From Octopus sinensis (taxonomy: Eukaryota): a stretch of DNA of 64,000 bases. Positions 47,290 to 61,735 of this stretch are shown here, one piece after another. The notes under the pieces were generated by a model that was not told the DNA's origin, made no database searches, and worked only from the letters and a program-made list of their open reading frames with translations. A program made the translations under genes and the position numbers. The stretch covers positions 29,636,001 to 29,700,000 of the forward strand of contig NC_043004.1 of the NCBI RefSeq assembly GCF_006345805.1, written 5' to 3'. Position 1 is the stretch's first letter; every line of letters starts with the position of its first letter.

Positions 47290-49080
47290 TTAGTCGTGTG
47301 GTGTTCCATTCATGTTTTCTCTCCACTTCTATGTGTGTAGCCTCTGTGAGCTGTCATAGTGTCGTGTCAGTTCTATGTATCGAAAATACTTCAACCTCTC
47401 TGCTATTAACTGATCTTCCATGTTCTGCCTGAGCATGTTGCTGGAGCACTGATGAGCCTTTCTCTTCTTTGAGCTCTCGCCAGTCTTCACTCCTATGCTG
47501 CATGCAGTCTCTGCAATGTAGGTAGTTGTCATGTTTCTGCACCATCCCTCACTACATTGTAAGCTATACACTATATTCCTAACTTTACAGTTAACCCATG
47601 GGTTCATCCTACATTCAACACAATTGTTCTCCATACATAGAGACTTATCAAAGGCATAGGTTCTACAGATCAGGGATTTTGTAGGAGTACCAGGCCTTTC
47701 TACTACTTTAATCTGTAGATTAGCCTTACTTAATGTTTTCCTAAAAGGGTATGTTAGTTTGCTGCCAGGGGTAGCATCAACTATGATACTATGATGCTAG
47801 GTGTTTCCATTATTTTGTCCAACCCCTGTATATTGTTGTATTTCAGGATGGTAATTTTTTTTTTCTAACCAAATAAACACACACTCTTATTATTTGTTCT
47901 TCACTCATTTATTACTGTTCTTATTTTAACTCATGTCCATTGTCTGGAAATCTTTCATTAGACATCTGTAACCTCTTAAGTGATACTTTTCGTCTTCATG
48001 TGTGTTCTTGCTGTCATACCAAGAGTTGGCCTTATCTATCTTGGTCCTTTCTGTGCTGTTCCAGGATTTATTCCTGTACAGCAGGCAGATCCTCTTAACA
48101 TCACTCTTTATGATGGCTTTGTACTTAGTTCTGATTCCTTTGTACACTCTAATCCTGTCCCTTTGATTGTGACCAGTGATCTGATTGCGATGGATGAAGT
48201 GTTGCATGTGTCTTCCCAATTCCATAGGGTCGCACATGTGAGACACATTCCTCATCTCTCTCACCAAGTCAGCTATAAGAATGTTGAACTTGGCGTTGTC
48301 TGCAATAGCTGCATTCTTGTGAACAAGGTACTTAGAGGCCATGGGTTTGGCATATTGAGAGTGAAGGATCTGGACCTTACCATTCTTCATTTCTAGTCAG
48401 AGTTCTGTGTCTTAAATGGGTAACCTATAGTTAAGGTGCTTACTAGGGTAGTCTATTGTTATTTCTATACTCTGGTGGATGGAGTTAGCTATTAGTTGGA
48501 TGTTGTCCATAGTGTTAGCTTCTGGATCATCAATGTTGTCTTGTAGGGGTGCTTTGGCTTCTATGTTGATGTCATCCACATAGCAGGTGTACATGGTTAG
48601 ATTTATGGAGTTCTTTGCTAATTTCTCTTTAAGTCTCCTATCCTACTATACCATAAATATGTTAGACACATCGCCAGTAATACTGACACTGTTGTCTCCA
48701 CCTTCCTCTTAGGCATATATCTTGTTATTAAACTTAAATATATGGTCCTTGAGTGTGGTCTTGGTACTCGCACCCACCTCATGTGCGACCATCTTTTTAA
48801 CATGATCATTGTTTTTGGAGGTCCATATAACTCTGGTCCACTCATTCCATCTCTCTTTAGGGGTCTTCTTGGTCATAGAAGTTATGGTACGGGGGTCTAC
48901 CTGTTATCAATCTAGTGGGGCAGTGTTTAATGTACCTGCACATCTGCCACATGTAAAGACTACTTTCTCTGTTAGTCTTCAAGGGATAGCACTGCACTTC
49001 TTATGTGACCATAGCTTGTACTGTGTACACCATATGGAGTTTCTCCTGAAACCTCTTCTAAATACCAAGCAGGGTTATCT
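47290..49080 (-). pseudogene. Penelope-like element RT plus GIY-YIG, decayed
   Basis: YTCYVDDINI, IEITIDYPSKH..YRLP, YAKPMAS, then CKVRNIVYSLQC...YIAETACS. Interrupted by the 47782-47997 insertion. Confidence 0.85.
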
Positions 49081-50065
49081 CCGTGTGTGTGTATGTATGT
49101 GTGTGTATACACACACACGAATACATAATACATATATGCATACCTCAAAATGGTCAAAAGAACTAGGATGATAAGGATGAAATAAGATTGGAGAGTTGGA
49201 GAGTATGTCAGGTAGTTGCAGCCAACTGAAACCAGTTAATGTCAGTAATAACTGGTATTTAGATATCTATATGATAACAAGAACTGTCATTGCAAGTTTT
49301 CTCTCCTTATTTACCTTTGGCTAGGTTTAATCAATAATTAAACAAAAGCTCTAAATGTTCAAACAATGATGTCAGTTATTCCAAAACAATCATGTAGTTA
49401 AAATTTAGTTGCAATCAAGGTTCAATATCCAGTTTAGCAATTTTATTTCACTAATCTCCAAACAAAAACTTTAACCTATTTGACACTGGTCTATCACCCG
49501 TTAACATAAATACCACTCAGTATCTTGTAATTACTAATTACTCAGCTTAACAAATATTTAATTTATCTCTCAGGTTATTGATCACTATTTATATCAATGT
49601 AACATCACCTTTTAAGAGAGCAGAGATAATAAAGATGTACAGTGTACATGAGGCTTTAATATTAATCAATTTGATGTCTCAATGTTCATGGTAGTCAGCT
49701 TTGTCTTTCATTCTTCAAGTAAGAGTAATTGGAGTAATGTCTCCAGGCTGATTAATTATCCTCTGTGATAAAGAAATAATTTTATTTGTTGTTGTTGTTG
49801 TTGTGTGAACACACACACACACATACACGAGACATTTTGTACAACATCACCACTTCTTTTCTTTCTTAATTTATATTATACCTTATAAACAATTGTTTCG
49901 TTAGTTACAGGTGCCACTATGAACTGTTTTTGATTCAATATATTTATGTTTCTGAGTGTTAATCACTGACAGAACAAACTTTAGAATCACCATTTTATCT
50001 TGTTGATGTTTACATCTTTCATCAGTGTGTGTGTGTATGTGTGTGTGTGTGCACGTGCACGTGTG

Positions 50066-51115
50066 TATCATCATCATCATCATCATTTAATGCCCGTTGT
50101 CCATGCTGGCATAAGTTGGACGGTTTGACTGGGCTGGCACACCGGAAGGCTGCATCAGACTCCAGTCTGATTTGGCATGGTTTTCTATAGCTAGATGCCC
50201 TTCCTAATCCCAACCACTCCGGGAGTGTCATGGGTACTTTTATGTGACACCGGCATGATACCAGGCTGTGTTTACATACCACCAGCATGGGTACCAATTT
50301 GCATGAAACCAGTATCTGCCATGACTGTGATTTTGCTTGGCTTGATGGGTCTTCTTCTCAAGCATGACATAATGCTAAAGGCTTTGGTCATTACCTTTGT
50401 GAAGCCCAACACTCAAAAGGAACTCAGCCATTTTGCCTCCATGAAGCCCAATATTCAAAAGATGTTCTTTATGTGCCATCAGCATGGGTACACTTGGCTT
50501 GACAGGTCTTCTCAAGCATAGCACATTACCAAAGGTCTTGGTCACCAGTCATTGCCGCTGTGAGGCTCAAAGTTCGAAGATCATGCTTCACCACCTCGTC
50601 CCATGTCTTCCTGGGTCTACCTCTACCACAGGCTCCCTCCACAGTTAGAGATCGGCACTTCTTTACACAACTGTCTTCATTCATACACATCACATGACTA
50701 TACCAGTGCAGTCATCTCTCTTGCACACCCCATCTGATTCCTCTTATGCCTAACTTTTCTCTTAAGATGCTTACACTCTGTCAAACATGCACACTGACAT
50801 AGCACAACCAGCGAAGCATACTGGCTTCATTTCTTTCAAGCCTACGCATGTCCTCGCCTGTCATAGCCCATGTTTCACTGCCATGCAGCATAGCTGTTCG
50901 CACACAGGCATCATGCAATCTGCCTTTGAGAGAGAAGCCCTTTGTTGCCAGCAGGGGTAGGAGCTCTCTGAACTTTGCCTAACTTAATCTTATTCTCACA
51001 ACAATGCTCTCGGAGCATCCACCTCCACTACTAACTTGGTCACCTAGATAACGGAAGCTATCTACTACCTCTAGCTTGCCCCACTGGCAGTTGATAGAGT
51101 CTGTTTTCTGCACAT
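50066..51115 (-). mobile_element. RTE-clade LINE, 5'-truncated
   Basis: (CAT)n tail at 50066. RT C-terminal sequence homologous to 7700-8230. Confidence 0.88.
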
Positions 51116-51231
51116 TTCAGATGGTTCTCATCTGCTGTGATATATGTCTGTACTTGTAGCACTATGCTACAGAGAGGATGCTGGTAAAACCTCGAATATA
51201 TTTATCAAAAATCATTTAAACATAATAAGTA

Positions 51232-51562
51232 ATATTAGGGTAATAAGAATTATAGAAATTTTTATTACAAGTGGCCTAGCACAAAAAAAAAACATTAGTC
51301 AATAGACTATATATTATTCATCTAAAAATATTGTGTATATTAAAACACATTAAGAGGCTTCCATCATAGAAAAGCCTTGCGCTAGAAAGAGCAGTAAACA
51401 ACTCAAACCAGTAATTAGGGATAAATTCACGAAGGGAAAGAAAATTAAAAACATTTTGTGTTTTAATATACACGATATTTTTTATATAATATATAGTCTA
51501 TTGACTAACTTTTTTTTTGCGCTAGGCCACTGGTAATAAAAATTTCTATAATTCTTATTACC

Positions 51563-51569
<7 letters not shown>
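51232..51569. repeat. Inverted repeat (~115-bp arms) with attaggg/ccctaat termini
   Basis: 51232-51349 vs 51457-51569, highly similar. A further attaggg occurs in the spacer (~51414). Confidence 0.85.
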
Positions 51570-51601
<32 letters not shown>

Positions 51602-51852
51602 GTACATATCTATATGTGTGTGTGTGTGCCTGTTTGTGTCTGTGTTTGTCCCCCCCCCCATCATAGAATAATTACTGGGTTTAAAAAAGGCTTGGGGTCA
51701 ACTTGTTTGACAAAAAAACCCTTCAAGGCAATACTTCAGTATGGCTGCAGTCAAATGATTGAAACAAATAAAAGAATATATATATATTTATAAGTAGTTA
51801 AGTTTATGTCTGGTCATAGAGTGACCAGTGGTTTTGCATCCACAAAGGGCTG

Positions 51853-51941
51853 TACACACACACACACACACACACAACACACACACACACACACACACAC
51901 ACAACACACACACACACACACAACACACACACACACCACAC

Positions 51942-51979
<38 letters not shown>

Positions 51980-52145
51980 ACAGGGCTTCCACACAGTTTC
52001 AAGCTACCAAATTCACTCACAAGGTATTGGTCAGCCCAGGACTATTGTAGAAGATACTTGCCCAAGGTATAGTACAGTGGGATTGAACCTGAAACCATGT
52101 AGTTGCTAAGTGAGCCTCTCAACCTCTCAGCCATGCCTGTTCCTA
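51853..52145 (-). mobile_element. (CA)n microsatellite plus SINE 5' half
   Basis: Directly visible. agaagatacttgcccaagg...gaaaccatgt. Confidence 0.8.
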
Positions 52146-53485
52146 TAGCAATTAGTAAGGCAAATCTTCCCCGAAATACTTTGGAAGTTTATTTTCTAGG
52201 TATTAGTAGTAGTTTAACAATTTACAGCTGATTGTTTCATGAAGTAAAATGTGGTCTTTTGAAATTAAGATTGATATTATATCTATAGAATCTCTGGGGA
52301 CTTCATAGTTTCAATTCTTATCAATGTAAGACTGTTTTCATGCTAGTGGGAGGTCAACATAGCAATGATATTTCTGTTTAATAGGATAAATTCCTGAGGC
52401 ATAGGAATGATGCCTACCTTGGTGCCCAACATAATATGGAAAAGCTCCTCAAAGAGAAATTAAAAGACAATTTAGCATCTCTAATATATTTGAGACTACA
52501 ACAGCAATGTAGTAGCAGTGCTACTTAAGAATACTTTTACCAGCTTCCAGTTCTTAGTAACAGAAAGCATTTGAGCAAAGAGATTGATATCAAGTTACAA
52601 CTAACGTGTTGCCCTCAGCTTTTACAGATGCTGACCTGGTGATATTCTGCTAACTTACATATCATATAGATCAAGGCTACAACTATTAGAAACTTCTCAT
52701 AATAAACTGGTTTTGTTTTTCGTTTTTTAATTTTTATTTGGAAGTATTATTTTAGTATGATGTACTCCAGAGTTCCATTATCAAATCTTATTTTAGAGAC
52801 ATATCGTTGCTAACCATTACTTATTTATTACTCTGTGTGTGTGTGTACTGCTGTTGTAAATCACTTAAGGATGTTGATAAGTCTATGTATATATATGTGT
52901 GTGTGTATATATATATATAAAGATATACATGTATGTATGTTTGTAGGATATATAGGATGTACATTTAGATGAAAATAAAATTGATAGCAAAATTTAATAA
53001 CAACTACTTCAAAAATAAAAATATAGAGTAAATTTGTTTTGCATCTACATACGATACATTAAATATCTTTTTGCAAGACTATAATTGTGATTTTAATACT
53101 ATTTTTATAGTCTTGTTTCATTATAATTCCTATTATTTCAATTGAAATGTGGTCACTATCACATTTTACCAATGAAATATATTTCACTGTTATACTTCTT
53201 ATGTCACAATCCAATTTTAATAAGAGCTTTGCATTGCTTAAAGTGATATTTATAAAACTGAATATGTATAGATATAGCTAAAAATATACATTGTAACTCT
53301 ATCATAAGTTTTGTTAGAGGAGATATCTTTTACAGCTGTCATTACTTTTTTATCTTTATTTTCATTATTTTTTTATTTTTATGAATTCCTACCATGTGAC
53401 AGCGAGAACATAAACATAATCTTTACATGCTTCAGAATGTCTTCTTCTCAATGTAGACGTAATGCTAGGGTCATTAATTTGTGGG

Positions 53486-53526
<41 letters not shown>

Positions 53527-53864
53527 AACCTTACAATACATACAACTGGCAACAACTAAGCTTTTCCATCTTTGTCAGTGTTTGATAAGCCAAGAAACAT
53601 AGGTATAGCTAGGGGACTACTGACATTAATATTCGTAAGCTCAAATTCTGTCATTAGAGATGTGTTCTTCAATAAAGTACATTATTGTACACTCACCTCA
53701 GTAATACCAAGCTGTAAAATAGGTAGGCCATCCCAAAACTGCAAAATATTACCATAAAAACCTACCTGTAAATGTCATTGGCATATCTATGGTGGTTACT
53801 GTAATGAGAAGTGTTTAGTATTATAATTAAATATGGTCACATGTATGGCTCTGTTGTTAAGAAT

Positions 53865-54060
53865 AGGTGCAGCTATGGCTAGGTGGGTAAGGCATTTGCT
53901 TTGCAACCATGCAGCCCTGCGTTCAATCCCATTGCATAGCACTTTGGCTAAGTGTCTTTTGCTTTAGCCTCAATATGATCAAAATTTTGTGAGTGGAGTT
54001 TAGTAAAAGGAGACTGTGCAGAAGCCTGTTCTGTGTGTGTTTATTTGTTGTTTGTGTGTG
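53865..54060 (+). mobile_element. SINE 5' half (old)
   Basis: ggtgcagctatggctaggtgggtaag...gttcaatccc. Confidence 0.6.
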
Positions 54061-54099
54061 TTTTGCTTTGTGGTATTTTAGATGTTCTCAGAAAGTTTG

Positions 54100-54910
54100 G
54101 TTCCTGCATATATTCACAAGTCTCCACCATTACGTCCACATAGGGATGATGGTTTGAATTGTTGGAGAGTAGAAATCTGAGCTTGTCGGTATAAAATGGG
54201 AGCTAAGAAAGGTTGCACACTGGCTCCTGTGTGGTCATCTATCTCATCTAGGTTGTCGCATAGGATGCTCCCATAGGGGTTTCAGTTGCGCATACTATAG
54301 GAGTCACAGGGTGCTACTCCATGTGATCCCGCAGTTTCCGCCTAACCATGAATATTAGGGTCCCATCCATTGTCTTGTATTCAAGATCCTCCGCATGATA
54401 TCCTGCTAGTTCAAAGCCAGGAATCTGATCTGTTAGGTCCTGCTGATAACTAAATCCACACCCTGCTGCCGACGCTTCAATTTATTGGCATTATGGTTTT
54501 GTCCGTCTCCTACCCTTCGACCTGCCTGAAGATTTCTCTCTCTCCAGCATAGTTCTCTGGGTCAATGGAGCACACAGGCACTTCACTGTGACAAGGTACT
54601 TGTTGAATTGGCCATTGACTACACAGTAGTTCTTCCACCCTTTGATGGGTCTTATTTTTCATCCCACAGAGTGTCCAACAATCACCCTCCTCATCAAGCA
54701 AGCTTGATGCAGTTGCCAATTTAGTCGCCAACGACCCGACCATGTGACAGGTTGTACTGGTTTACATGTTACCAGTAGCGCTCAAGAGCACAGAATAAAA
54801 AGAGAGGCATGTGCCACTATCAAAACCTGACAGAGGCATGTGCCACTATCAAAACCTGACAGAAATCTTTTCAACATGAGAAGGCAGCAAGCCATCACCA
54901 ACTTTAGATT
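54100..54910 (-). mobile_element. Probable LINE (RTE-like) 5' region, decayed
   Basis: GC-richer block resembling RTE 5' UTR and ORF start. Includes a ~30-bp tandem duplication at 54802-54862. No clear protein motif. Confidence 0.3.
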
Positions 54911-55914
54911 TGAACAGATCCTTGGGTTATAACATATTGAAGTTTGTACTCAGATAGGTCAGATACCAGAGTGCTCTAGGTCATCTTTTCACTGGTGGTT
55001 ACACTTTAGGAAAAAATGGGCTTAATAGTTAATACCTAGAAAACTGAGGTCGTCTGTGAATTAAACACTGCAACACCCTCCCTTCTTTTGACTTTCTCAT
55101 GACTACAACCTAATTTTGGTGCCTAGGCAGCTTCATTGCCTATCCTTTGAAAGACTCAGAGTGTCATTCTAAATAACACAGCTCCCACACCAAAGCCCTC
55201 TTCTCCTGGCCAGTCTGTTTCTACTCTCAGCCTCCATACATACTGTCATGGTCAAATCTTGGGTCTCCTTGATAGCCTCCCATCCTTCTAATATATCTGT
55301 CACTTGCCTCTCTTACCACACATCCTTCTCATCACTTACCTATCTCTCAGTCATATCACTGCTACCCATTTGTCATCCTTGGCCTTTTCACTTGTGCCCA
55401 TATCACTTATCTCTTTTTCTCACTCTAACTATACTGTCCATGTGAATACAGATAGCAATAGATCTCTTAAATTCACTGAACTTTGCCCACAATGTAACTA
55501 GGAATGCAACAGGGAGTGAGACCTGTCTGATTTTTGCTTTCCTTGTGTGCAATTAAAATGTCAATAAATGAAGAATTTATTGAGTATTGCATGGAATATG
55601 TTCACCTAACTTTATATCTATTGCTCTTATATCTATATCTATATCTAACTATCTGCTTGCCTGCCTGCCTATCAATTAATCAATCTATCAATCATTGTGC
55701 CTAAACAATGCAGATAGGATTGTGATCCTGCTTATTCCTGTACTTCAAAGTTGTATGTAGATGTTATGTTTGTGAGAGGTAAGTCTAAGAGTTGAAAATG
55801 TTTTCTATTACATGTACAATTTTGTAATTCCTATTAGAAAATGAAACATGTAATAGTGAATAAATAATGTCACAAAATTTTCTAGTCTCATGTTTTGATA
55901 TATATATATATATA

Positions 55915-58765
55915 TCATTGCCATTATCATCATTGTTTAACATCCATCTTCCATGCATGCATAGGTAGGACAGTTGACAGGAGCCAGACTGGTAGGAAAA
56001 CTACCCTAGGCTATTCTGTCTGTTTTGCAGGGATTTTACAGCTGGATGCCCTTCCTGACACCAACCACTCCATAGAGTGAACTCAGTGCTTTTTACATGG
56101 CACTAGCACAGGTAATGTTAGTTTTGGCATGATTTTTACAGCTGAATGCCTTTCCAAACACCAACCACATTACAGTGTGGACTGGATGCTTTTAACATAG
56201 CACCAGCACTGGCAGAGTAACCAAGTAACTCACAAGACAAGAGGATGAAAGGTTGGAGTGTGACAGAGAGACAGAAGCAGGTGTCTTGTCACAACAGAGG
56301 GGGCATTATAGGAGGTGATCCAGTATCAAATGATGAAAGGTTAGCATGTAACAGGGAAATAGAGAGGCAGAAATAGGTGTCTTGCTGTAGATAAGGTACA
56401 TGGTTACCCAGTGAGAGAGAGAGAGAAATACAGAGTAAGAGAGAGGTAGAGGAAAATCAAGAGAAGGAGAGAGAGAGTGATGAAAGGGAATAGAGAGAGT
56501 AGGAAACAGCAAAAGTGTAAGAGAGAGAGCAGAAGTGAGATGGTGTAATGCTAGAGTGTACTCACAAGTAACAAGAATATGAGCATAGAACCTGGTTTGA
56601 AAAATAGGGTGTGGGTGTTGGAAGTGTGGGAGCAGCAAGAAAGGGGATTGGAAAACAATCATAATTTATGAAGAGAAAATGTGAAGAAGACAAAGATGCA
56701 GTTAGGAGAGGAGCTGTAGTTTGATTTCTTAGGGTAGAATGGGTGTGACACAACTCTTCTAACACTCAGTTTCATGGACGGGTCTTCTCTAGAACTTCAT
56801 ATCTCCAAACATCTCGGTCCACTGTTATTTCCTCCATAAGTCCCAACATCCTAAGATCAGTCCTTACTACTTCATCCCATGTCTTCTTGGATCTCCCCCT
56901 TCCACAAGTACCATCCACTTACAATGACAGGCACTTTTGTATACAGCTGTCTTCACTCATATGCATCACATGTCCAAACGAAAGCATTCTCCTCTCCTGC
57001 ATACCACATTTAATCCCTCTTATGGCTAACTTTTCTCTCAACACAGTTGTGCTTTGTCGGTCATGCACACTGATGTTGCAAATTCAATGACACATACTAC
57101 CTTCCTTCCTCTCCAGCCTATGCATGTCCTCCGCAGTCATAGCCCATGTCTCACTACCATGTAACATAGCTATTCTCACACTCTGAGAGAGGGTCCTTTT
57201 GCTGCCAACAGAGTTAGTAGTTCTCTAAACTTCCTCCACCCTGTTCTTATTCTAGAAACAATACTTTCAGAATATCCACTAATTTGATCACCTAAACAGC
57301 AGAAACTATCTACTACCTCAAGAGAGTCTCCTGAGCATTTGAGAGAGTTTAAGTCCCTCATGCTCTTAGTACTTACTGTTCCTGCACATCTGCCACACAT
57401 GAAAGCAACCTAATCTGATAAACTTCCTATGATTCCACTGCATCTCTTATGCATTCATAACTTACACTTGGTGCAGCAAATGGAATTATATCCTACTCCT
57501 TTCCTACATATTGCACAGGGACATTTACCAGCCGGAATGAAAGTCTTATCTCCTTTCTTGTTAATAGCAACTTTAGTCTTAGCTAAGTTAACTTTAAGGC
57601 CCTTGATTCCAGATTTTGCTTCCAAACCTGGAATTTTTCCAATTCTGCTTCAGATTCTGCAATAAGAGCAAGATCATCAAAATATAATAGTTCCCATGGG
57701 CATCCAGTTTTGAATTCATCTGTTATGGCTTGGAGAACTATGATGAATAAGAGTGGACTAAGAACTGATCCCTGGTGTACTCCAACTTTTATGCTAAATT
57801 CATCACTGTATTCAAGGTCAACTCTCACCTTACTGACAGCATCGCTGTACATGGCTTGAACTGCTCTAACAAGCCACTCCTGTACTCCTAGCTGCCTTAG
57901 AGACCACCAGATAAGAGAGCAGGGAACCCTGTCAAAAACTTTCTCCAGGTCAATGAAGGCTAAGTGCAACAGCCAAATACTTTTCTTGCAACTGTCTCAC
58001 TATGTAGTTGACATCTGTGGTGCTTCTCCCAGGTACAAAACCAAACTGCATCTCATCTAGGTTAATTCTATCCCCATTTAGTTGTGATATAACTCTCGCT
58101 GTAATTTTCATGGCCTAATCCAACAGTTTGTTATTTGTATCTAAGGCATCACCTTCACCCTTATAACAGCTGACTACGATATTGCTTCACCTGTCTTTGA
58201 TGTATAACCTGATTAACTATGCGAGTGATTAGACTGTATCCCACACTACCTGATATTTCAATCATCTTGGCAGTGATATCTAATGGTCCAGGGCGCTTTC
58301 CCAGTCTTCATTTTCTTAATTGCCTTATCTATCATATGGCTACCCATTCTGATGGCTGGTCAATATTGAAAGACTCTCCTTCTCCCAGTCATTCTCCACA
58401 TTTAACAATCTTTCCTAATGGCATCTCCACACATCTTTCTTCTCTGAGTCACTAAGTGCAAGCATACCATTATCCATTCGCACACATTTCTCACCTACCA
58501 CATCTCTATTTTCTCTGATACACTACTTTGCAATCCTGAACACCTTACATCCCTGATCCTCATGCTGTATAACATTAGCAAACTTCTTATCTTCTGCTAT
58601 CCTACTTTGCTATGTAAACCTGTCACCTAGCTTCCCTTCTGGCTCCCTGATATAATGCTTTGCTTCCACCATTTTTGCAGTTTTTTAAGATCTGTCTTTT
58701 TGCTTTTATAGCGCTGTCCACCTTCTTGTTCCACCACCAAGTCACACTTGGCCTGGCTGGACAAC
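55915..58765 (-). mobile_element. RTE-clade LINE, largest copy (RT domain plus 3' UTR), decayed
   Basis: QFGFVPGRSTTD, HLAFIDLEKVFDRVP, VGVHQGSVLSPLLFIIVL, LLYFDDLAL. Tail at 55915-56240. Confidence 0.92.
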
Positions 58766-59030
58766 TAGTTGTGGTGCATCCTGGTTTTGCTTAGTTCGAT
58801 TATAATACATTTCATTACTTGCCTGTAGCTGGTTGTTGTGTTATATATTCAATGGACATGGAGGATTTCCTGAAGTAAATCCAGTCGTATTTATATCCAT
58901 ACTGTTGATGACATCAGGTGAATGTGCTTTAATTGGCACACTACCAGGTGTATACTCAAGTCTAAAATAATTCCTGTGTAATGTATATGTGTAATTACTA
59001 TATAATATATATGTGTGTTTATATATGTAT

Positions 59031-59395
59031 AGGTGCAGGAGTGGCTGTGTGGTAAGTAGCTTGCTTACCAACCACATGCTTTCCAGGTTCAGTCCCACTG
59101 CGTGTCTTCTACTATAGCCTCAGGCCGACCAAAGCCTTGTGAGTGGATTTGGTAGACGGAAACTGAAAGAAGCTTGTCATATGTATGTGTGTGTGTGTGT
59201 TTGTGTGTCTGTGTTTGTCCCCCCAACATTGCTTGACAACTGACGCTGGTGTATTTATGTCCCCATAACTTAACAGTTCCACAAAAGAAACTGGTAGAAT
59301 AAATACAAAGCTTACAAAGAATAAGTCCTGGGGTCGATCTGCTTGGCTAAAGGTGGTGCTCCAGCATGGCCACAGTCAGATGACCGAAACAAGAG
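59031..59395 (+). mobile_element. tRNA-derived SINE, full length
   Basis: Same family as 45772. Confidence 0.88.
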
Positions 59396-59465
59396 TGTGT
59401 GTGTGTATGTATATATGTATGTATATTTATGTAATTTTTTATATACACACACACACATACATATG

Positions 59466-59499
<34 letters not shown>

Positions 59500-60005
59500 T
59501 ATATTATATATGTATACGTGTATGCATTTATGCACTTTCATAAATACATATATAGAGTTATGCTTGAGTACGTGCAGGCCTTCTTTCTCATCCCCTACCT
59601 TTCTCTCTCTCTCTCTCTCATACACAAGGTTACTGGCATCCGAAAATATATTACATACCCCTCCTCCCACCCTGCCATAATCCACATAAATTTAAATGTA
59701 AATATTATAGCATACATTCACCCCAGACATTTATAAATACACATAACCTAGCACACACACACACAAACACACACACACACACACACATACAACAAATACA
59801 CATGCACCCCCCCCCCCCACACACACACACACAAATATGTATTCTTAACAGGCTTTCTTTCACATAGTTTGGTTTGTTATTAGTGCATGGAACCTTTAAG
59901 ATTATCTTGAAAGGATGGTAAAGTAGCTTTTCTACTAGCCACCAGTAACTCTAGCATCCACACCCCATAAAACATTTTTTTGTATTACACACGCACATGC
60001 ATACG

Positions 60006-60058
<53 letters not shown>

Positions 60059-60364
60059 ACACACATGATCTATTCTGATATTTCATATCAAACCAAGGCT
60101 ACATTTCAATTCAGCCCTGTTATTGTCTTTGTTATTTCCAGCAAAATTAATGTTTTTTGTAATAATTAAGTAATTGACATTTTGGTCTTTTACTCGTTAC
60201 AGTCCATTGACTGTGACCATGCTGGGGCAACATTATCATGAACTTTCAGGAGAGAGATATACCTGTTGTGAAGGGTCTTAACTGAGTTGGAGCAGATCAC
60301 CACAAGGCAGCTTTGCTCAGTATTTCACGGGCAATGCTACAACCTTTTGCTTTTGTGTCTTCTA

Positions 60365-60560
60365 TATTCATTGTCATTGTTTCAATCCCCACTTTTCCAT
60401 GTATCAAGGCAGATTTTCTACATTTAGAGGCTCTTCCTGTTGCACACCCCTTACCTGTTTCACAGCAAGGTAATGTTTTCTCAAAACAGCTCAATGGCCA
60501 GACATGTTTTCACAGAAGATTGCAAATGAATACTATCACTTGAATAACAGTGATGTTACC
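60365..60560 (-). mobile_element. Old RTE-tail-type SINE fragment
   Basis: Reverse complement similar to 150-392. Confidence 0.5.
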
Positions 60561-61285
60561 TGACCACCTGAGCTGGCTCTTCCACTCTCATAAGATTAAT
60601 GTAGTTGACGTTCAGGGTGAGTGTCTGTAGGGCAACATCTGCAGATGTTTCTGGATGTCAAGAGGAATTACCCAAGTAGGAGAATTATAAGATACAGTAA
60701 AGTTTAAGTGAAAGATCTAAAAAACTGAGACATACAGGGTGTAATAAGCAAGCCTAAGTGAAAGGAGTATGTAGATAGTTGCATGAGAGGAGGAGAGGAG
60801 GCCTATATAGCTAGTAACTGAAGAAGCAGAAAGAAGTAAAAGTGTGTTTGCAAGTTATAATATACTACAAATATTTTTCAGTCAGATATCCTAGATTACA
60901 GTGTAGGATGTCTGTGTGCATGTAGCAGCAACGCTGTCCTGTGTACTATAGAAATACTTGAATGTGGGTGTTACTTCATTTTATGTAGATCTTTTTTAGC
61001 AACTGAAGTTCTTTCTGATTCTAAAGAGAAAATCTAGTCTTTGGAAGAATACAGTTTTGGCAACATTGTGTGTGTGTGCGCATGTGTGTGTGTGTGTGTG
61101 TGTGTGTATATACATGCATGTGTGTGTTTGTGGGTGTGTGGGTGGGAGTTGTTAGAATTGACAAGGAGATTGTTAATTTGTTATGGAAGAATGTGGTAAA
61201 TTATGCTAAATACATTTGCTGACAGTCTAGGCTGGTAAATCTGGTTCTTCAGAAGCAGTGACCATTACTGTGATGTTCACTGACA

Positions 61286-61335
<50 letters not shown>

Positions 61336-61672
61336 TGTGTGTGTGTTGCAGAAGACAGTGTAATTATACCATACTGGTTCAAGCATTATGGAGTAGAGAT
61401 GTTTTTACTATCAAAGATGGAAATTTTTCTATCAGTGTATGAGAATTCTCCATGATCTATTTAATTATTCCTGACAGAACATACCACAATTCTTTGCTTC
61501 TTATTTCAGATGAGATTTTCTATAAATGAACAGTGTTTTTCTTTTAATTGTTTAGTATTGTCTTGTTATTCTCATCATTATCTTCATTATTATCATGCCA
61601 ATAATTTATGTATTTTGGGGATTGTATGTCTCAAAAACATTTTACTCCTCCCTAACTCTTATATATATATAT

Positions 61673-61735
<63 letters not shown>

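Noticed and set aside
61351-61530. Possible downstream exons of the 44880 gene (acceptors at ~61351 and 61509)
   Set aside because: Both hit stops quickly and have no homology support; the first acceptor lies in a (GT)n tract.
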